Shown: positions 48,467 to 58,450 of the stretch, piece after piece
Layout: every line of letters begins with the position of its first letter
How positions within the stretch are numbered: the first letter of the stretch is position 1
Origin: a virus
DNA length: 64,000 nt
Virus record (IMG/VR): IMGVR_UViG_3300036770_008686
Span: 1 to 64,000 of that record
Direction: 5' to 3' (one strand)
Notes under the pieces: generated by a model
What the model saw: the letters and a program-made list of their open reading frames with translations, nothing else
Database searches by the model: none
Told to the model about the DNA's origin: nothing
Translations under genes and position numbers: made by a program

Positions 48467-49348
48467 TTATCTTGACCCTTTTAATCTAGGCTTGGCGGCT
48501 TTCACATCACTAACACCAAATTTACCTTGTATAAGTTGAAGAACACCAGCCCTTTCGCTAGTAGTTCCACCTTCTGAGCTAAACAAATTGCTAATGGTGA
48601 ATGTGAGACTATCCACTCCACCATCTACAAAATCTTCGGCTGCAGCGATAAGCTGTCTAGTTGAGAATCCCGATGAAAAGCTACTTGATATTCCAACACT
48701 CTTTTTTCTAATTTGGTTTGCAATATCAACTAGGCTTATTGCATCTTTTACTTCTACGCCTGTCCTCTTAATTAAGAGTTCGGCTTCTTTTTCTGGTGAG
48801 AGGTACTTTACCTCTACAACCCTACTAAATCTATCTCTTAAAGCATTATCTGTGGCACTGGTTCCACTGTATCCAGCACCTTCGTTCATGGTTGCAAAGA
48901 AAACAACCCCGCAGCCAAGTCTGATTACATCGTTTTTTTCTTCTAAATAAGTAAAGCCTCTGTTATCTAACAGAGGGAGCAAAGTATTCATCACATTAGG
49001 ATGAACCCTGTTAATCTCGTCAAGTAGAATAACAATGTTTCCGGCTCTCACAGCCCTATCAAACTGACTTTCATGCCAAACAACATTGCCGTTTTCTATT
49101 TTTTTGTAACCAAACCAATCCCTAGGCTCTCTTAAATTAGCACAATCCATAATCAACATAGGAAGATTGTGGATTGCAGCATAGTGCATGGCCATTTCAG
49201 TTTTACCTGCCCCGTGCGGGCCTTGCAAAAGAACTTTTTGTGTTTTTTTGCTTCTATTAGATTCAATTCTTTGAAAAAGATTGTTTATATCATCTTCAAT
49301 AAAATAAGTATCATTAACAATAGGATTGAAAATACCGTTATTCATCAC
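48467..49348 (-). CDS. CobS/NorQ/CbbQ-like AAA+ ATPase
   Basis: GPHGAGKT, LLDEINR, ATMN, ALRDRF. Confidence 0.88.
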   Translation of the reverse strand: MMNNGIFNPIVNDTYFIEDDINNLFQRIESNRSKKTQKVLLQGPHGAGKTEMAMHYAAIHNLPMLIMDCANLREPRDWFGYKKIENGNVVWHESQFDRAVRAGNIVILLDEINRVHPNVMNTLLPLLDNRGFTYLEEKNDVIRLGCGVVFFATMNEGAGYSGTSATDNALRDRFSRVVEVKYLSPEKEAELLIKRTGVEVKDAISLVDIANQIRKKSVGISSSFSSGFSTRQLIAAAEDFVDGGVDSLTFTISNLFSSEGGTTSERAGVLQLIQGKFGVSDVKAAKPRLKGSR

Positions 49349-49820
49349 TAACCTTTCTATAAATGGATTTTGGAAAAACTACATTTCTATTGTAATAACA
49401 TTCCATACTACAATAATTTTCTTTAATATTTTTTTTAGTTGGCTTATTAAGCGATATAGATTGTTGATAATTTGTTCTTTTAAAGCTATTCCCACAACTA
49501 ATGCATGTGAGATTTAAAAAAGAATGCTTGCTCCATTTTGCATCTTTTTTAACATTAATTTGAACTCTTAATGCCTGCCTACATTCAAGACTGCATGTTT
49601 TTGTTTTAAAAAAATCTTCTTTTTTACAAATTACACAAGTATTTTTTACTTTTTCGTGTCTTTCCCAAGGAATTTTACTTCCCTCTTTTTCGGCTTTCTT
49701 AAGCAGATTATATATTGCCTGTCTGCTTACGCCATATTCTTTTGCCAAAAAAGAGACAGAAACTCCATTTTGTCTCTTTGAAACTATTGTTATTTGCAAA
49801 CCATTTAAAGGAGTGCTCAT
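49338..49820 (-). CDS. HTH + zinc-finger protein
   Basis: LAKEYGVSRQAIYNLL; CxxC, CSLEC, YCSMEC. Confidence 0.7.
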   Translation of the reverse strand: MSTPLNGLQITIVSKRQNGVSVSFLAKEYGVSRQAIYNLLKKAEKEGSKIPWERHEKVKNTCVICKKEDFFKTKTCSLECRQALRVQINVKKDAKWSKHSFLNLTCISCGNSFKRTNYQQSISLNKPTKKNIKENYCSMECYYNRNVVFPKSIYRKVSDE

Positions 49821-50042
49821 TTTAAATATTTAAAAAAAATGTATAGTTTATAAGTTATTATTTAAAGGCAGCTTATTTATTTTGCATTCTTCTACAACTT
49901 TTGTGATTGTTATGCACAAAGCATAATTCTCTAGATCTTTAACGTTGGATAATTCACTATTTATTAGCTTGTTTATTTTGCTGCATATTGTTTCGCAGTC
50001 TAATCTTTTGTTCAGCAGAATTACCATTTTTAATTATTATTC

Positions 50043-50273
50043 TCAAGTATCAGACTGTCTTTTTCTTTTGAGAATATTGGGGTATTTTTTTCTTATTTCT
50101 TCTAATTGTTGTTCACAATAATTGCAAAGAGAATTCATTCTTCTTTTTACAAACATGTCATCAACTGGAAACTGCACCGTATGTTTTTTTTCACAGTAAC
50201 CACAAGGTTTTTTAATTTTTACAATACCATTTTCCAAAGAAAGTACAGAATATTTTCTTTTTTTTCTTCTCAT
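50043..50273 (-). CDS. Small Zn-ribbon hypothetical protein (start reassigned to MRRKKRK)
   Basis: CGYC..CNYC; the longer ORF call overlaps the tRNA. Confidence 0.55.
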   Translation of the reverse strand: MRRKKRKYSVLSLENGIVKIKKPCGYCEKKHTVQFPVDDMFVKRRMNSLCNYCEQQLEEIRKKYPNILKRKRQSDT

Positions 50274-50389
50274 CGAGTTTTGCCCCCTGAAAGACAGCGG
50301 TATTGTAGCACGGACCATTTTTTTTGCAAATAGTTTTTTTTTAGAAACTAAAATAGAAATATAACCTAGTTTGGATAAGTTGCTGAAAA

Positions 50390-50463
50390 TAGGCCGACTA
50401 GGACTTGAACCTAGAACCCCCAAATTATGAGTTTGGTGCTCTAACCGATTGAGCTATCGGCCC
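50390..50463 (-). tRNA. tRNA-Ile2(CAU), lysidine substrate
   Basis: CCAAA-CTCATAA-TTTGG; C4-G69, C5-G68, A73; adjacent to tilS. Confidence 0.88.
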
Positions 50464-50489
50464 ATTTTCAGAAACTTTTCACCTAAAAA

Positions 50490-51206
50490 TCATACCATAA
50501 AACTTTTCAATTTCAAGCTACTTTCTATTTTTCTTTTTGCGAATTTTTCAAGAGATAATTTATTTTTTCTCATCTCTGGTAAGATGGTGTTTCTAATCCA
50601 ATTTCTTCTACTACCTTTTGAAACTTTATTGGTTTCATCTTCTACTAAATATTTGTTGTAGTTATTTCTTTCAATAAATTGAATAAAGTCCTTTTTTTTG
50701 GTCAACAAAAATGGATGAATGATTTTAAACCTAGACTCACCAAAGTTAAATTCACTCTCCAACTCAATAGGAGTGTGGTTTGGATGTCCTCTAAAGCAAT
50801 TTAGTAGATAACTTTCCACATAATCATTAAGATGATGTGCTGTGATGATCGTGGGTGTTAGATCTCCTAAATAAAGAACTTGTTTTGCAAAAGCAGAAAT
50901 ATCTTTGTAGAATTCAATTCTTAAATTTCTAAAATCAGCTTCTGTATGACATTCTTTGGTATCTAATGTAAGCGTTGGACTATGGGTAATAAAATCGCTC
51001 TTTGTATTAAAATCCTTACAAAACTCTAAAAACTTTTTTTCCATTAAATCGTTTTGAGGGCGGAGCTTGTGGTTAAAATGAACAGGAACAACTTCATACC
51101 CAGCAATTTTCATCCAAATAAATGCGGCTAGACTGTCCACGCCCATACTTAAACTAAATAAATATGGTTGTTTTTTATCCACAACTTGTTTAATAATTTT
51201 AATCAC
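50490..51206 (-). CDS. tilS: tRNA(Ile)-lysidine synthase
   Basis: SLSMGVDS PP-loop, HFNHKLR, TAHHLNDYVE, HPFL, EDETN..RNWIR. Confidence 0.9.
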   Translation of the reverse strand: MIKIIKQVVDKKQPYLFSLSMGVDSLAAFIWMKIAGYEVVPVHFNHKLRPQNDLMEKKFLEFCKDFNTKSDFITHSPTLTLDTKECHTEADFRNLRIEFYKDISAFAKQVLYLGDLTPTIITAHHLNDYVESYLLNCFRGHPNHTPIELESEFNFGESRFKIIHPFLLTKKKDFIQFIERNNYNKYLVEDETNKVSKGSRRNWIRNTILPEMRKNKLSLEKFAKRKIESSLKLKSFMV

Positions 51207-51536
51207 TTAGCCACTGCTTCTCATTTTCTCGTTAAAAGTTCTTAAAAAAGGAACTATTTTATTTGGAATTCCTATCTTAACAGTTTTAACTTTTTCTTCA
51301 AAATTATTTGTAACTTTATCGCAATTTTCTAAATCCATGGTATCTTGAATATCTTGAAGTTCTTCTAAAAATTTTTCCACTTCAAAACTTGGAACGAAAC
51401 CAGAGCAAAATTCTTCATTTTCAGAAATTTTCAGTATCATTTCTGCAAAGTTTAGTGCCCATTCAGGTGCTGTTTCTATATCCTCTCTAGATAAAATACC
51501 TTTTTCGACTATTTGAATCCTAGTTTGTTCATTCAT
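51207..51536 (-). CDS. Hypothetical protein
   Basis: ORF tiling. Confidence 0.55.
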   Translation of the reverse strand: MNEQTRIQIVEKGILSREDIETAPEWALNFAEMILKISENEEFCSGFVPSFEVEKFLEELQDIQDTMDLENCDKVTNNFEEKVKTVKIGIPNKIVPFLRTFNEKMRSSG

Positions 51537-51558
51537 TTAAAAATTTTTCTAATTAGAT

Positions 51559-51666
51559 TAGTTCAAATAATTATAGCGAATAACTTCACCAAAAGGTGGC
51601 TTAACATCGCTAGTTCAAATCATTATAGCGAATAACTTCACCAAAAGGTGGCTTAACATCGCTAGT
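51559..51666. repeat. 52-bp tandem duplication of the vWA gene 3' end
   Basis: Copies at 51559 and 51611 with one mismatch. Confidence 0.95.
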
Positions 51667-52866
51667 CATGACCCATAGAACGTCTAGTTTTGGATCAACT
51701 CCAAACTCTCCGTATCCATCAGTAAAAAATACACAATAGTCAGGCTTAATTCCATTGTTTTTAAGATGTTCGAATACTGGTCTAAAGTCTGTTCCTCCAC
51801 CACCCTTTAATGAAGGCAAAGGCTCAAAAGGATTAATCCATCTACTAGAGTAAACACCAGCATCACAATCTAAAAAGTAAACCTTAGCATTAAGTTTCTT
51901 CCTAAGATCTTCAAGTTCGCTAATAGCACTATTAAGGTCTTCTTCGCTCATGCTGCCACTGGTATCTACAGCATATGCAAGTTTTGGACTATCCGGGCCT
52001 ATGTTACTGGGAAAAATAAAGTCGCCACCCAAGAACCTTCTGTTAGGGAAATTCCAAGTAACATCTCTTTTTTCAAGTCTGCTAGTTCCAAACCTCATTT
52101 TCTGCCTGAGGGCTGTAACCCAATCCACCTTACTCTTAAGATGAGAATTTATAATTCTCTCTAAGCCAACGGGAATATCACCCTGGCTTTTTGCAACAGT
52201 ATAAGCATCACAAACAGCTTTGTTAACAAAATCTTTAAGCTCTTGATCTGCTTGCTTTTTGCTTTTACCTTTTGTTTCCGGCAGCGGTACACGTCTATCT
52301 CTAACAACAGAAGATGATCCTTGACCCTCTCCGTCAGCAGATTCTTCACCTAAAATATCTTCCATGTTTAGCTGAATAACTTCTGCCTTGTTGATCAAGT
52401 CAGAATAAATTAATTCAGCATTCATTCCATCATACAAAGGCTTGTCGGTTTTCCAACTATCATCAAAAATGCCGCCTTTGATAATATACTTTTCATTCTC
52501 AAACTGATACCATAACATCAAATTTACTGCATAATCTACTGCAATGTTCCAAATAACAGGATCTCTATTTGCTCTTCTAGGGTTGTGCTCAAAGACAAAG
52601 TGGCTTATTTCGTGTGCGACCAAGAATAAAAATTGATGGTCGGTTAGTTTAATACAAAAATCATAATTAAAGATAATATGGCCATTCTTATCAACACAGG
52701 CTGTAGGAACAGCTGTTTTTGTAACACTATACTTGCACCGCTCACTAAGCACACCCCAAAAAGGATAATGATGAGCAAAAGCAAAAAGAATAGTGTCAAT
52801 TTTCTTGCGAAAATTATCCTCTTCTTCTTCGGTTAATACGTTATTTTTTTCAATAGTTTTAGTCAT
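51610..52866 (-). CDS. Metallopeptidase (HExxH, DUF2201-like) + vWA domain protein
   Basis: VAHEISH, WNIAVD..VN, AVDTSGSM, GGGGTDF, FTDGYG. Confidence 0.88.
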   Translation of the reverse strand: MTKTIEKNNVLTEEEEDNFRKKIDTILFAFAHHYPFWGVLSERCKYSVTKTAVPTACVDKNGHIIFNYDFCIKLTDHQFLFLVAHEISHFVFEHNPRRANRDPVIWNIAVDYAVNLMLWYQFENEKYIIKGGIFDDSWKTDKPLYDGMNAELIYSDLINKAEVIQLNMEDILGEESADGEGQGSSSVVRDRRVPLPETKGKSKKQADQELKDFVNKAVCDAYTVAKSQGDIPVGLERIINSHLKSKVDWVTALRQKMRFGTSRLEKRDVTWNFPNRRFLGGDFIFPSNIGPDSPKLAYAVDTSGSMSEEDLNSAISELEDLRKKLNAKVYFLDCDAGVYSSRWINPFEPLPSLKGGGGTDFRPVFEHLKNNGIKPDYCVFFTDGYGEFGVDPKLDVLWVMTSDVKPPFGEVIRYNDLN

Positions 52867-52938
52867 GTTTGTGTCCTTTCAAGAAAACTGCTGCTAGGGT
52901 TTCTCTTGTTGCCCCTAGCAGCAGCCTCTTCACAAAAT

Positions 52939-53997
52939 TCAACCAAGCTTCATGCTGCCTTTGATTAACTCATCATTTTTTTCAAGCCACTTGCCAATAT
53001 TTTCGCTTTCGTAAGCGATGTCTCTAATTTTGGCGGCTTTACTATCATTCATGATTCTCTTTATAAAAAGAGCAGCAGGCTCAGGACTAATATCAATCAA
53101 AACATTTGCACAATTCTCGAAAATCTTCTCAGGAGACTTGTGTTCAATTAAATGGCTGGCCAAAGCACTCGCCACTGCATAGCTAACACTAATCTTCTTT
53201 TTATCCTCTTTCCATTTACTCTTACCAGAAACAAGCTTATCCATATCAGGAAGGCTTTTACAAACATCAAGATAAGCCATAAATTCACCCGCACTACCCC
53301 CGACACAAGCCCTAATATCGGCAAGATTAGTAAACTTGTTTTTAAGCCGGTCGCTAACATAACTCCAACTCCTAGGATTTGCACTAGGAGTATACTCGTC
53401 AACTACAGGCTGAATGAGAAGTTCTCTTCTAAAGCTGATAAACCCGATAACATCAGGGTGAACCCCAGACTTAATCGCCCAATCAATCCAATTCTCGACG
53501 TTAGGAACATAATCATAGACAGCAAATCTAGCAATAAGGGCACTACTAAGAGGGTAAACATGAGCCCTATCTTCACTTCGATTGCCAGCAGCAACAATAT
53601 ACCAGCCATCACCTAAGTGGTGATTTCCAACTTTTCTGTCCAGAACAAGTTGCAAAGCAGGGTTCTGCACACTAGGCGGTGCAGTATTAATTTCATCAAG
53701 AAAAATAATGCCCTTGCCGTCATAAGGAAGAAACTCAGGCCTCACCCAACTAACGGTTGGATTGCCCTTCTCGTCTTTTTGAATAACAGGTAGACCTCTA
53801 AGGTCAATGCTATCCAGGCTGTTAAGTCTCAAATCAATACAAGTTTCATCATTCTCAATGCTCTGCCAAACTTGCTGGCTTTTGCCTACTCCCGGGGCTC
53901 CAAAGATAAGCATAGGCCTATCGCAAACCCTGTTCCTCTTAACAACATCAACAAGACTCTCAGAAATAATATTTCTGTTTGTGAGATCACTAGCCAT
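52939..53997 (-). CDS. MoxR-like AAA+ ATPase
   Basis: GAPGVGKS, DLRGLP, FLDEIN, AGNR, PRSW. Confidence 0.9.
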   Translation of the reverse strand: MASDLTNRNIISESLVDVVKRNRVCDRPMLIFGAPGVGKSQQVWQSIENDETCIDLRLNSLDSIDLRGLPVIQKDEKGNPTVSWVRPEFLPYDGKGIIFLDEINTAPPSVQNPALQLVLDRKVGNHHLGDGWYIVAAGNRSEDRAHVYPLSSALIARFAVYDYVPNVENWIDWAIKSGVHPDVIGFISFRRELLIQPVVDEYTPSANPRSWSYVSDRLKNKFTNLADIRACVGGSAGEFMAYLDVCKSLPDMDKLVSGKSKWKEDKKKISVSYAVASALASHLIEHKSPEKIFENCANVLIDISPEPAALFIKRIMNDSKAAKIRDIAYESENIGKWLEKNDELIKGSMKLG

Positions 53998-54066
53998 CAG
54001 TTATAAATCCTTATTTTTGTGAAGAACGAAACCACGGAGCTTCCGTACCAGGGTTTACTTTTTAAA

Positions 54067-54348
54067 TTATTTGGAGATTATCTGACCGCTAACAGGGGAA
54101 AGTGTATCAGAATTATCCTCTCTTGTATTAATATGAGATCTTATTTCCAGTAAAAAAGTAAGAGTCTTATCGAAACATCCTTCGCAAAGATCTATATCGT
54201 AAACATCACCATCTTTTGAAGAGTCATAGCCCCAGTGAGCAAAAAGTTTTGCACTCTCTATATCTAGATTTTTTTTGCAACTATTACCACAAATATCACA
54301 AACAATATCGTCTAATTGCAAAACCAGTTTTTTTTTATTTCTTTTCAC
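54067..54348 (-). CDS. Hypothetical Zn-ribbon protein
   Basis: CDICG..DLCEGCF. Confidence 0.6.
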   Translation of the reverse strand: MKRNKKKLVLQLDDIVCDICGNSCKKNLDIESAKLFAHWGYDSSKDGDVYDIDLCEGCFDKTLTFLLEIRSHINTREDNSDTLSPVSGQIISK

Positions 54349-55109
54349 AAGCTCACCACAAAGTTGCTGTTACTGAAGTCAATTTGATTTCTAACTTTTT
54401 TAAATTTCAAGCCAACTAAAACATTTTTGGGGTCTTTGTATCTCATATCATAATCATCCCCGTTGATAACTTGAATTCCTTTATATTCTTCTGGTATTTC
54501 GTCTTTAAAAACAACAGCAACTCTTACGTTGTTTTTTAATGCTTCCAAACATTCATCCCAATTTTCTCCACTGTAACTAAAAGTGAGATCATAATTAGGG
54601 TATTTTTCTAAGAGTTTTATTCTTGATAAAACCTTTGTGTAATCAAAAAATTGAATTTCAGGAAAAGTTTCTAGTATGTTTAAGTTGTTTGTTTTAAATC
54701 TTTCTGGATTCAAATCACTGACATTATTTAGCCGAACACTGAACGTGTAATTTTGATTCAAAGCTTTCAAATAAGTACTTTTAATTTCATCAATTAAAAG
54801 ACTCATAAAAAACTCTCTGTTTTCAAAAAATAATTTTGTCTTAGCTATTCTGCTTTTGTTGATCTTGTTCTCTTTAACATCTATCCTATTATAACCGGAA
54901 CCATGCAAACACGCAACCGTGCATTCTTTTGTTCTTTTTGGGCAAACCTCGTAACCAGAAGTGTCAGCCGGCGACAAGTAAAGGGTATAAACTAACTCAT
55001 TATAGTTGAAGGCCTTTGCGTGTTTTGCTGTCAGATTAACAGATCCTAGGTAACTAATACCTAGAAGTTTTTTGGCTTTATGCAAATTTTCGTATACTAA
55101 ATTTTTCAT
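54345..55109 (-). CDS. Gp88-like protein
   Basis: CP..T..C..AC, VRLNNVSDL, FFDYTK, YDLTFSYS, GD..D.R..D. Confidence 0.8.
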   Translation of the reverse strand: MKNLVYENLHKAKKLLGISYLGSVNLTAKHAKAFNYNELVYTLYLSPADTSGYEVCPKRTKECTVACLHGSGYNRIDVKENKINKSRIAKTKLFFENREFFMSLLIDEIKSTYLKALNQNYTFSVRLNNVSDLNPERFKTNNLNILETFPEIQFFDYTKVLSRIKLLEKYPNYDLTFSYSGENWDECLEALKNNVRVAVVFKDEIPEEYKGIQVINGDDYDMRYKDPKNVLVGLKFKKVRNQIDFSNSNFVVSL

Positions 55110-55427
55110 TTAAAATAAATTAGCAATTTCTAAAGTTTTAAACCTTATTATCAATCCAACATTATAATTTTCATTATTTTCTATTATTTTTACTGCATCT
55201 CTATCTATAACTTTGCATATAGATTCACTAGAAACACTAGTTTCACACATGTTTCCAAAAAAGAAACCTACATCATTTTTTTCCTCTGGGTCTACTATAA
55301 CTTCTAATGGGGTGTGATGCTCTGAGACCATCCTACTAGTCAAATCAACAAAAATTCTTTTGCCATTAAAAGATTTCAAAACTTCATTTAAGGTTAAACT
55401 TTCTTTAAATGAATCTAGTTTTTTCAT
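55110..55427 (-). CDS. Hypothetical protein
   Basis: ORF tiling. Confidence 0.55.
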   Translation of the reverse strand: MKKLDSFKESLTLNEVLKSFNGKRIFVDLTSRMVSEHHTPLEVIVDPEEKNDVGFFFGNMCETSVSSESICKVIDRDAVKIIENNENYNVGLIIRFKTLEIANLF

Positions 55428-55430
55428 AAC

Positions 55431-56504
55431 CTAATCTTCTTCTTTTTTATATTTTAATTGGCTTTTTTGACAATCACTATCTTGTATGTCTTGTCTCATA
55501 CCAAGATATGTTGGTTGATATAAGTTGCCTGATTGCTTGTAAGCATACAAGTACCTAATTTCAACAATCGCTCCCACCTCAGGAACGTCATAATTAACTG
55601 GTATTGTCACCTTTCCACAATCTATAAGTTTTCTTCCATTCAACAAACCTAGTTTGACACTTCTTTTTCCTTCATTTATTTCGGTAACAAAACAACTACA
55701 AGTTGCATAAAATTTATACTTAACATAACTACCACCGCTTGATGGCCTACCAATATAATACTTGGCAGATTTTTCTTTGAAAACAACACCTTCTTCATTT
55801 TTTTCAAATGATTTTTTATAAAATTCTTCTTTTTCTTGCTTTGTGTAGTAACTATCGGTCAAGCAAACAGACTCAGAGAAAGACTTGAACTTGTCTAGAT
55901 ATTTTAATCTTTCAACTAGAGTAAAGTTTTCTAATTTTTCACCATCATATTCTAGAATGTCGAACACATAATATTTTTCACCAACAAGCTCGCCGTCAAG
56001 TAAAAAATCTTTGTCATGTTTTTCGGAGTCATTCCAAATCACAGTTGGGATGTTACAATTAAGACCTCTCCTGTTATAGGCTCTTAATGTTTTATCTTTT
56101 TTATGTAACATAAATCTCACACCATCAAATTTGGGCTGGGCTAACCAGTTTTCATCATTTATGTAATCTTGTAATTGGCTTTCTTTTATTGGATTCAAAA
56201 GAACACACTTAGACTCAGAAATAGTTTCGGGAAGATTTTCAGGTACGTGTATTGCCTGAGATTGATCCAGGGGTATCTTTTGATAACCTTTTCCAGTTTT
56301 TTCCTTCAACAAAGACTCATATATCTTTTTAGCTTGGTCCAAACTAACTGCATTATTGGTTTTAGTGCCACTTTTTAAAGCACCTCCTCTTCTTCCGTAG
56401 CTAAAATTAACAACAAAACCGCCATTCTTTTCTTCTATTGCAGCATTATACAGTTTGTCGCTAACGCCTTCTTTGTAGTACAAACTAGTAGATTCAATTG
56501 TCAT
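55431..56504 (-). CDS. WGR domain + ATP-dependent DNA ligase
   Basis: N-terminal SDKLY..VNFSYGRRG; KFDGVR, LDGEL, FDIL, EGVVFK, KYKF; OB-fold. Confidence 0.88.
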   Translation of the reverse strand: MTIESTSLYYKEGVSDKLYNAAIEEKNGGFVVNFSYGRRGGALKSGTKTNNAVSLDQAKKIYESLLKEKTGKGYQKIPLDQSQAIHVPENLPETISESKCVLLNPIKESQLQDYINDENWLAQPKFDGVRFMLHKKDKTLRAYNRRGLNCNIPTVIWNDSEKHDKDFLLDGELVGEKYYVFDILEYDGEKLENFTLVERLKYLDKFKSFSESVCLTDSYYTKQEKEEFYKKSFEKNEEGVVFKEKSAKYYIGRPSSGGSYVKYKFYATCSCFVTEINEGKRSVKLGLLNGRKLIDCGKVTIPVNYDVPEVGAIVEIRYLYAYKQSGNLYQPTYLGMRQDIQDSDCQKSQLKYKKEED

Positions 56505-57038
56505 TTAACATCCTTTTTTAAAACTTTTAAGATTGCCATTACAAATTACTCCAAAAAAATAATCTTTTATATTTTTACTTTTGTCATTGATGTAGGAATC
56601 AAATTTATTTTGATTAACACAAAGCAAGAATTTATTAAGAAGAGAGTTGCTAGAAAGTATTATCATGGCATCACCTAAATTGCCATGAACACTAGGGTGC
56701 AAGAAACTCTCCGGGTATGACCAACCAAACTTTTTATCTTGAGAAATAAAATTAAAAGTAAGGCTATAAAGTCCAATTAAATGTTTATGACCAGTTCCTT
56801 CACGACTCAAATTTTCTTTGCTTATTTCTCCACTAAATTCAGGGATTGTCATTCTGAATAAGCTAGCAGTATACTTATCTATTTTTTTAATTTCTTCAAA
56901 ATGCTTTAGTGAATCAAAGCAACTTATCATCACTCTTTCCGGATATTCTGTTTTCAGATGTTGCTTGTTAAAAATTAAAGTAATTGGTTTAACATCTATT
57001 TCATGAAGATCAGAAGCAATTAAAACTTTTTCTTTCAC
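56505..57038 (-). CDS. Hypothetical protein
   Basis: ORF tiling. Confidence 0.55.
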   Translation of the reverse strand: MKEKVLIASDLHEIDVKPITLIFNKQHLKTEYPERVMISCFDSLKHFEEIKKIDKYTASLFRMTIPEFSGEISKENLSREGTGHKHLIGLYSLTFNFISQDKKFGWSYPESFLHPSVHGNLGDAMIILSSNSLLNKFLLCVNQNKFDSYINDKSKNIKDYFFGVICNGNLKSFKKGC

Positions 57039-57223
57039 TTTAAAAGCTTAACCTTATTACCAGAAGTTGTTGTGGTTTTTATGTTAATGTTAGCATGGCT
57101 AACTACTATTTCAACTTTAATATTGCCTAAGTTATTACTAACAATACGATTTAACTCAATTTGATCTATTTGAAAACAAACAATTCTATGTTTATCTTTT
57201 TTGCTTTTCAAATACAAATTCAC
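57035..57223 (-). CDS. Hypothetical protein
   Basis: ORF tiling. Confidence 0.45.
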   Translation of the reverse strand: MNLYLKSKKDKHRIVCFQIDQIELNRIVSNNLGNIKVEIVVSHANINIKTTTTSGNKVKLLK

Positions 57224-57621
57224 TCCCCAGGATAATCTGTGTATTCGAATAAAGGTGATTCTTCGCTCGATGTGTAGTAGTAAGTGTTCTCTATTTTTAT
57301 AGAACCTTCATCTAAGTCTATGTTCACCAAACCCGAACATCCTTCATCATTAAAACTGATACCGTCGTGTTTTTCAAAAGCATCAAATATAACACTGCTT
57401 ATGAAGCTGTTATGGGATCGAACATCTTCGTCTATTTTTTTTATTTCTTCCGAAACAGGCCTATTTTTTTCAAACTCTTTTAAATTTTTATTTTTGCCCA
57501 AAGCAACATAGGCTTCCACATCATAAAAATCATCAAATTGATCACCAGAGCCCTGGTAACCTATTACTATTTTTCCTGTTTTTGGGTAGAGTTTTTTTAA
57601 TTTTTGAATAGTTTTATTCAT
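57220..57621 (-). CDS. DUF6878-like hypothetical protein
   Basis: Y.GSGD....DEG..G...IDL pattern. Confidence 0.55.
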   Translation of the reverse strand: MNKTIQKLKKLYPKTGKIVIGYQGSGDQFDDFYDVEAYVALGKNKNLKEFEKNRPVSEEIKKIDEDVRSHNSFISSVIFDAFEKHDGISFNDEGCSGLVNIDLDEGSIKIENTYYYTSSEESPLFEYTDYPGE

Positions 57622-57697
57622 GATCTTTTTTGGAGAATCATATCCTTTTACACAACAAATATATGATCCATTTATAATAGGTTGACCATATGCCAGT

Positions 57698-57919
57698 TCA
57701 TTTTCCTCTCCTAATAATCACACATTTTTCAGCATTACCATCAATAAAAGATGACGATTCATGTGGCCCATAATACCAAGGATCAGAACCCCTAGCATTA
57801 AGAACAATCTCGTCATCATAAACTTGAACATTATTAAAACCACCCTCATAACCAACAGTAAGAACCCTCGTATCACCGGGATAGTTCTTCAACTGCTCAA
57901 TAAGTTCGTTAACGGTCAT
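57698..57919 (-). CDS. Hypothetical phage protein
   Basis: MTVNELIEQLKNYP.D..V...GYEGG motif. Confidence 0.7.
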   Translation of the reverse strand: MTVNELIEQLKNYPGDTRVLTVGYEGGFNNVQVYDDEIVLNARGSDPWYYGPHESSSFIDGNAEKCVIIRRGK

Positions 57920-58008
57920 TATTTTCCTCTAAAACCTGTTCCACAATCTTTAGTATCTCTTGAAACTTTGGATCAAGAAACTCATCAAGAAACTCGTCAA
58001 GTGTCATT

Positions 58009-58179
58009 TTAGTTCCCGTCATCCCTATAGTTCATCCACCAAGGTGCAGGCATATATCCTGCGTTAGCAAGTCGAGTGCTTTCTTCTCTGGTTTCACCAC
58101 ACGCTCGCCAACACAAATAGCGAACTTCCCAACTACCGCAAATGTCCAAGACGGATCGTAACTCAATAGTTTTATTCAT
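58009..58179 (-). CDS. Small hypothetical protein (56 aa, manually translated)
   Basis: MNKTIELRSVLDICG...; starts in the 26-bp repeat. Confidence 0.5.
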   Translation of the reverse strand: MNKTIELRSVLDICGSWEVRYLCWRACGETREESTRLANAGYMPAPWWMNYRDDGN

Positions 58180-58433
58180 GATCTTTTTTGAAAAACATAA
58201 AGTTTTTCATTTTTTAAAACTTGAAAACTACCCTTGAAAACTAAGTAGCAAAAAGGCCAAGGTAGAATATCTTTTTCTGTCCTGTAGTGGTAAAAGTATT
58301 TTTGTGTTTTAACTATAAAATGAGGAACAACTGTGCCCGGTCTAAAACCAATTATTATTTTGGGATTATATTTTCTTTTTTTCCAAAAAAGTATTAAACT
58401 TCCCAAAAAACAATTTCCGTATGTATTTTTCAT
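58176..58433 (-). CDS. Hypothetical protein (start reassigned to MKNTYG, downstream of tmRNA)
   Basis: AAGG before ATG; the longer ORF call overlaps the tmRNA. Confidence 0.55.
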   Translation of the reverse strand: MKNTYGNCFLGSLILFWKKRKYNPKIIIGFRPGTVVPHFIVKTQKYFYHYRTEKDILPWPFCYLVFKGSFQVLKNEKLYVFQKRS

Positions 58434-58450
58434 CCTTGAAAAAATTAAAA

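Larger units (their letters stand above)
57607..58190. repeat. 26-bp direct repeats (57607-57632, 58165-58190) duplicating a gene start
   Basis: AATAGTTTTATTCATGATCTTTTTTG exact copies. Confidence 0.92.

Noticed and set aside
50274-50423. N-terminal extension of ORF 50043..50423
   Set aside because: It overlaps tRNA-Ile2; a plausible start is at 50273.
57960-57990. TCAAGAAACTC short tandem repeat
   Set aside because: It encodes a DEFL-DEFL duplication in a tiny ORF; too short to interpret.
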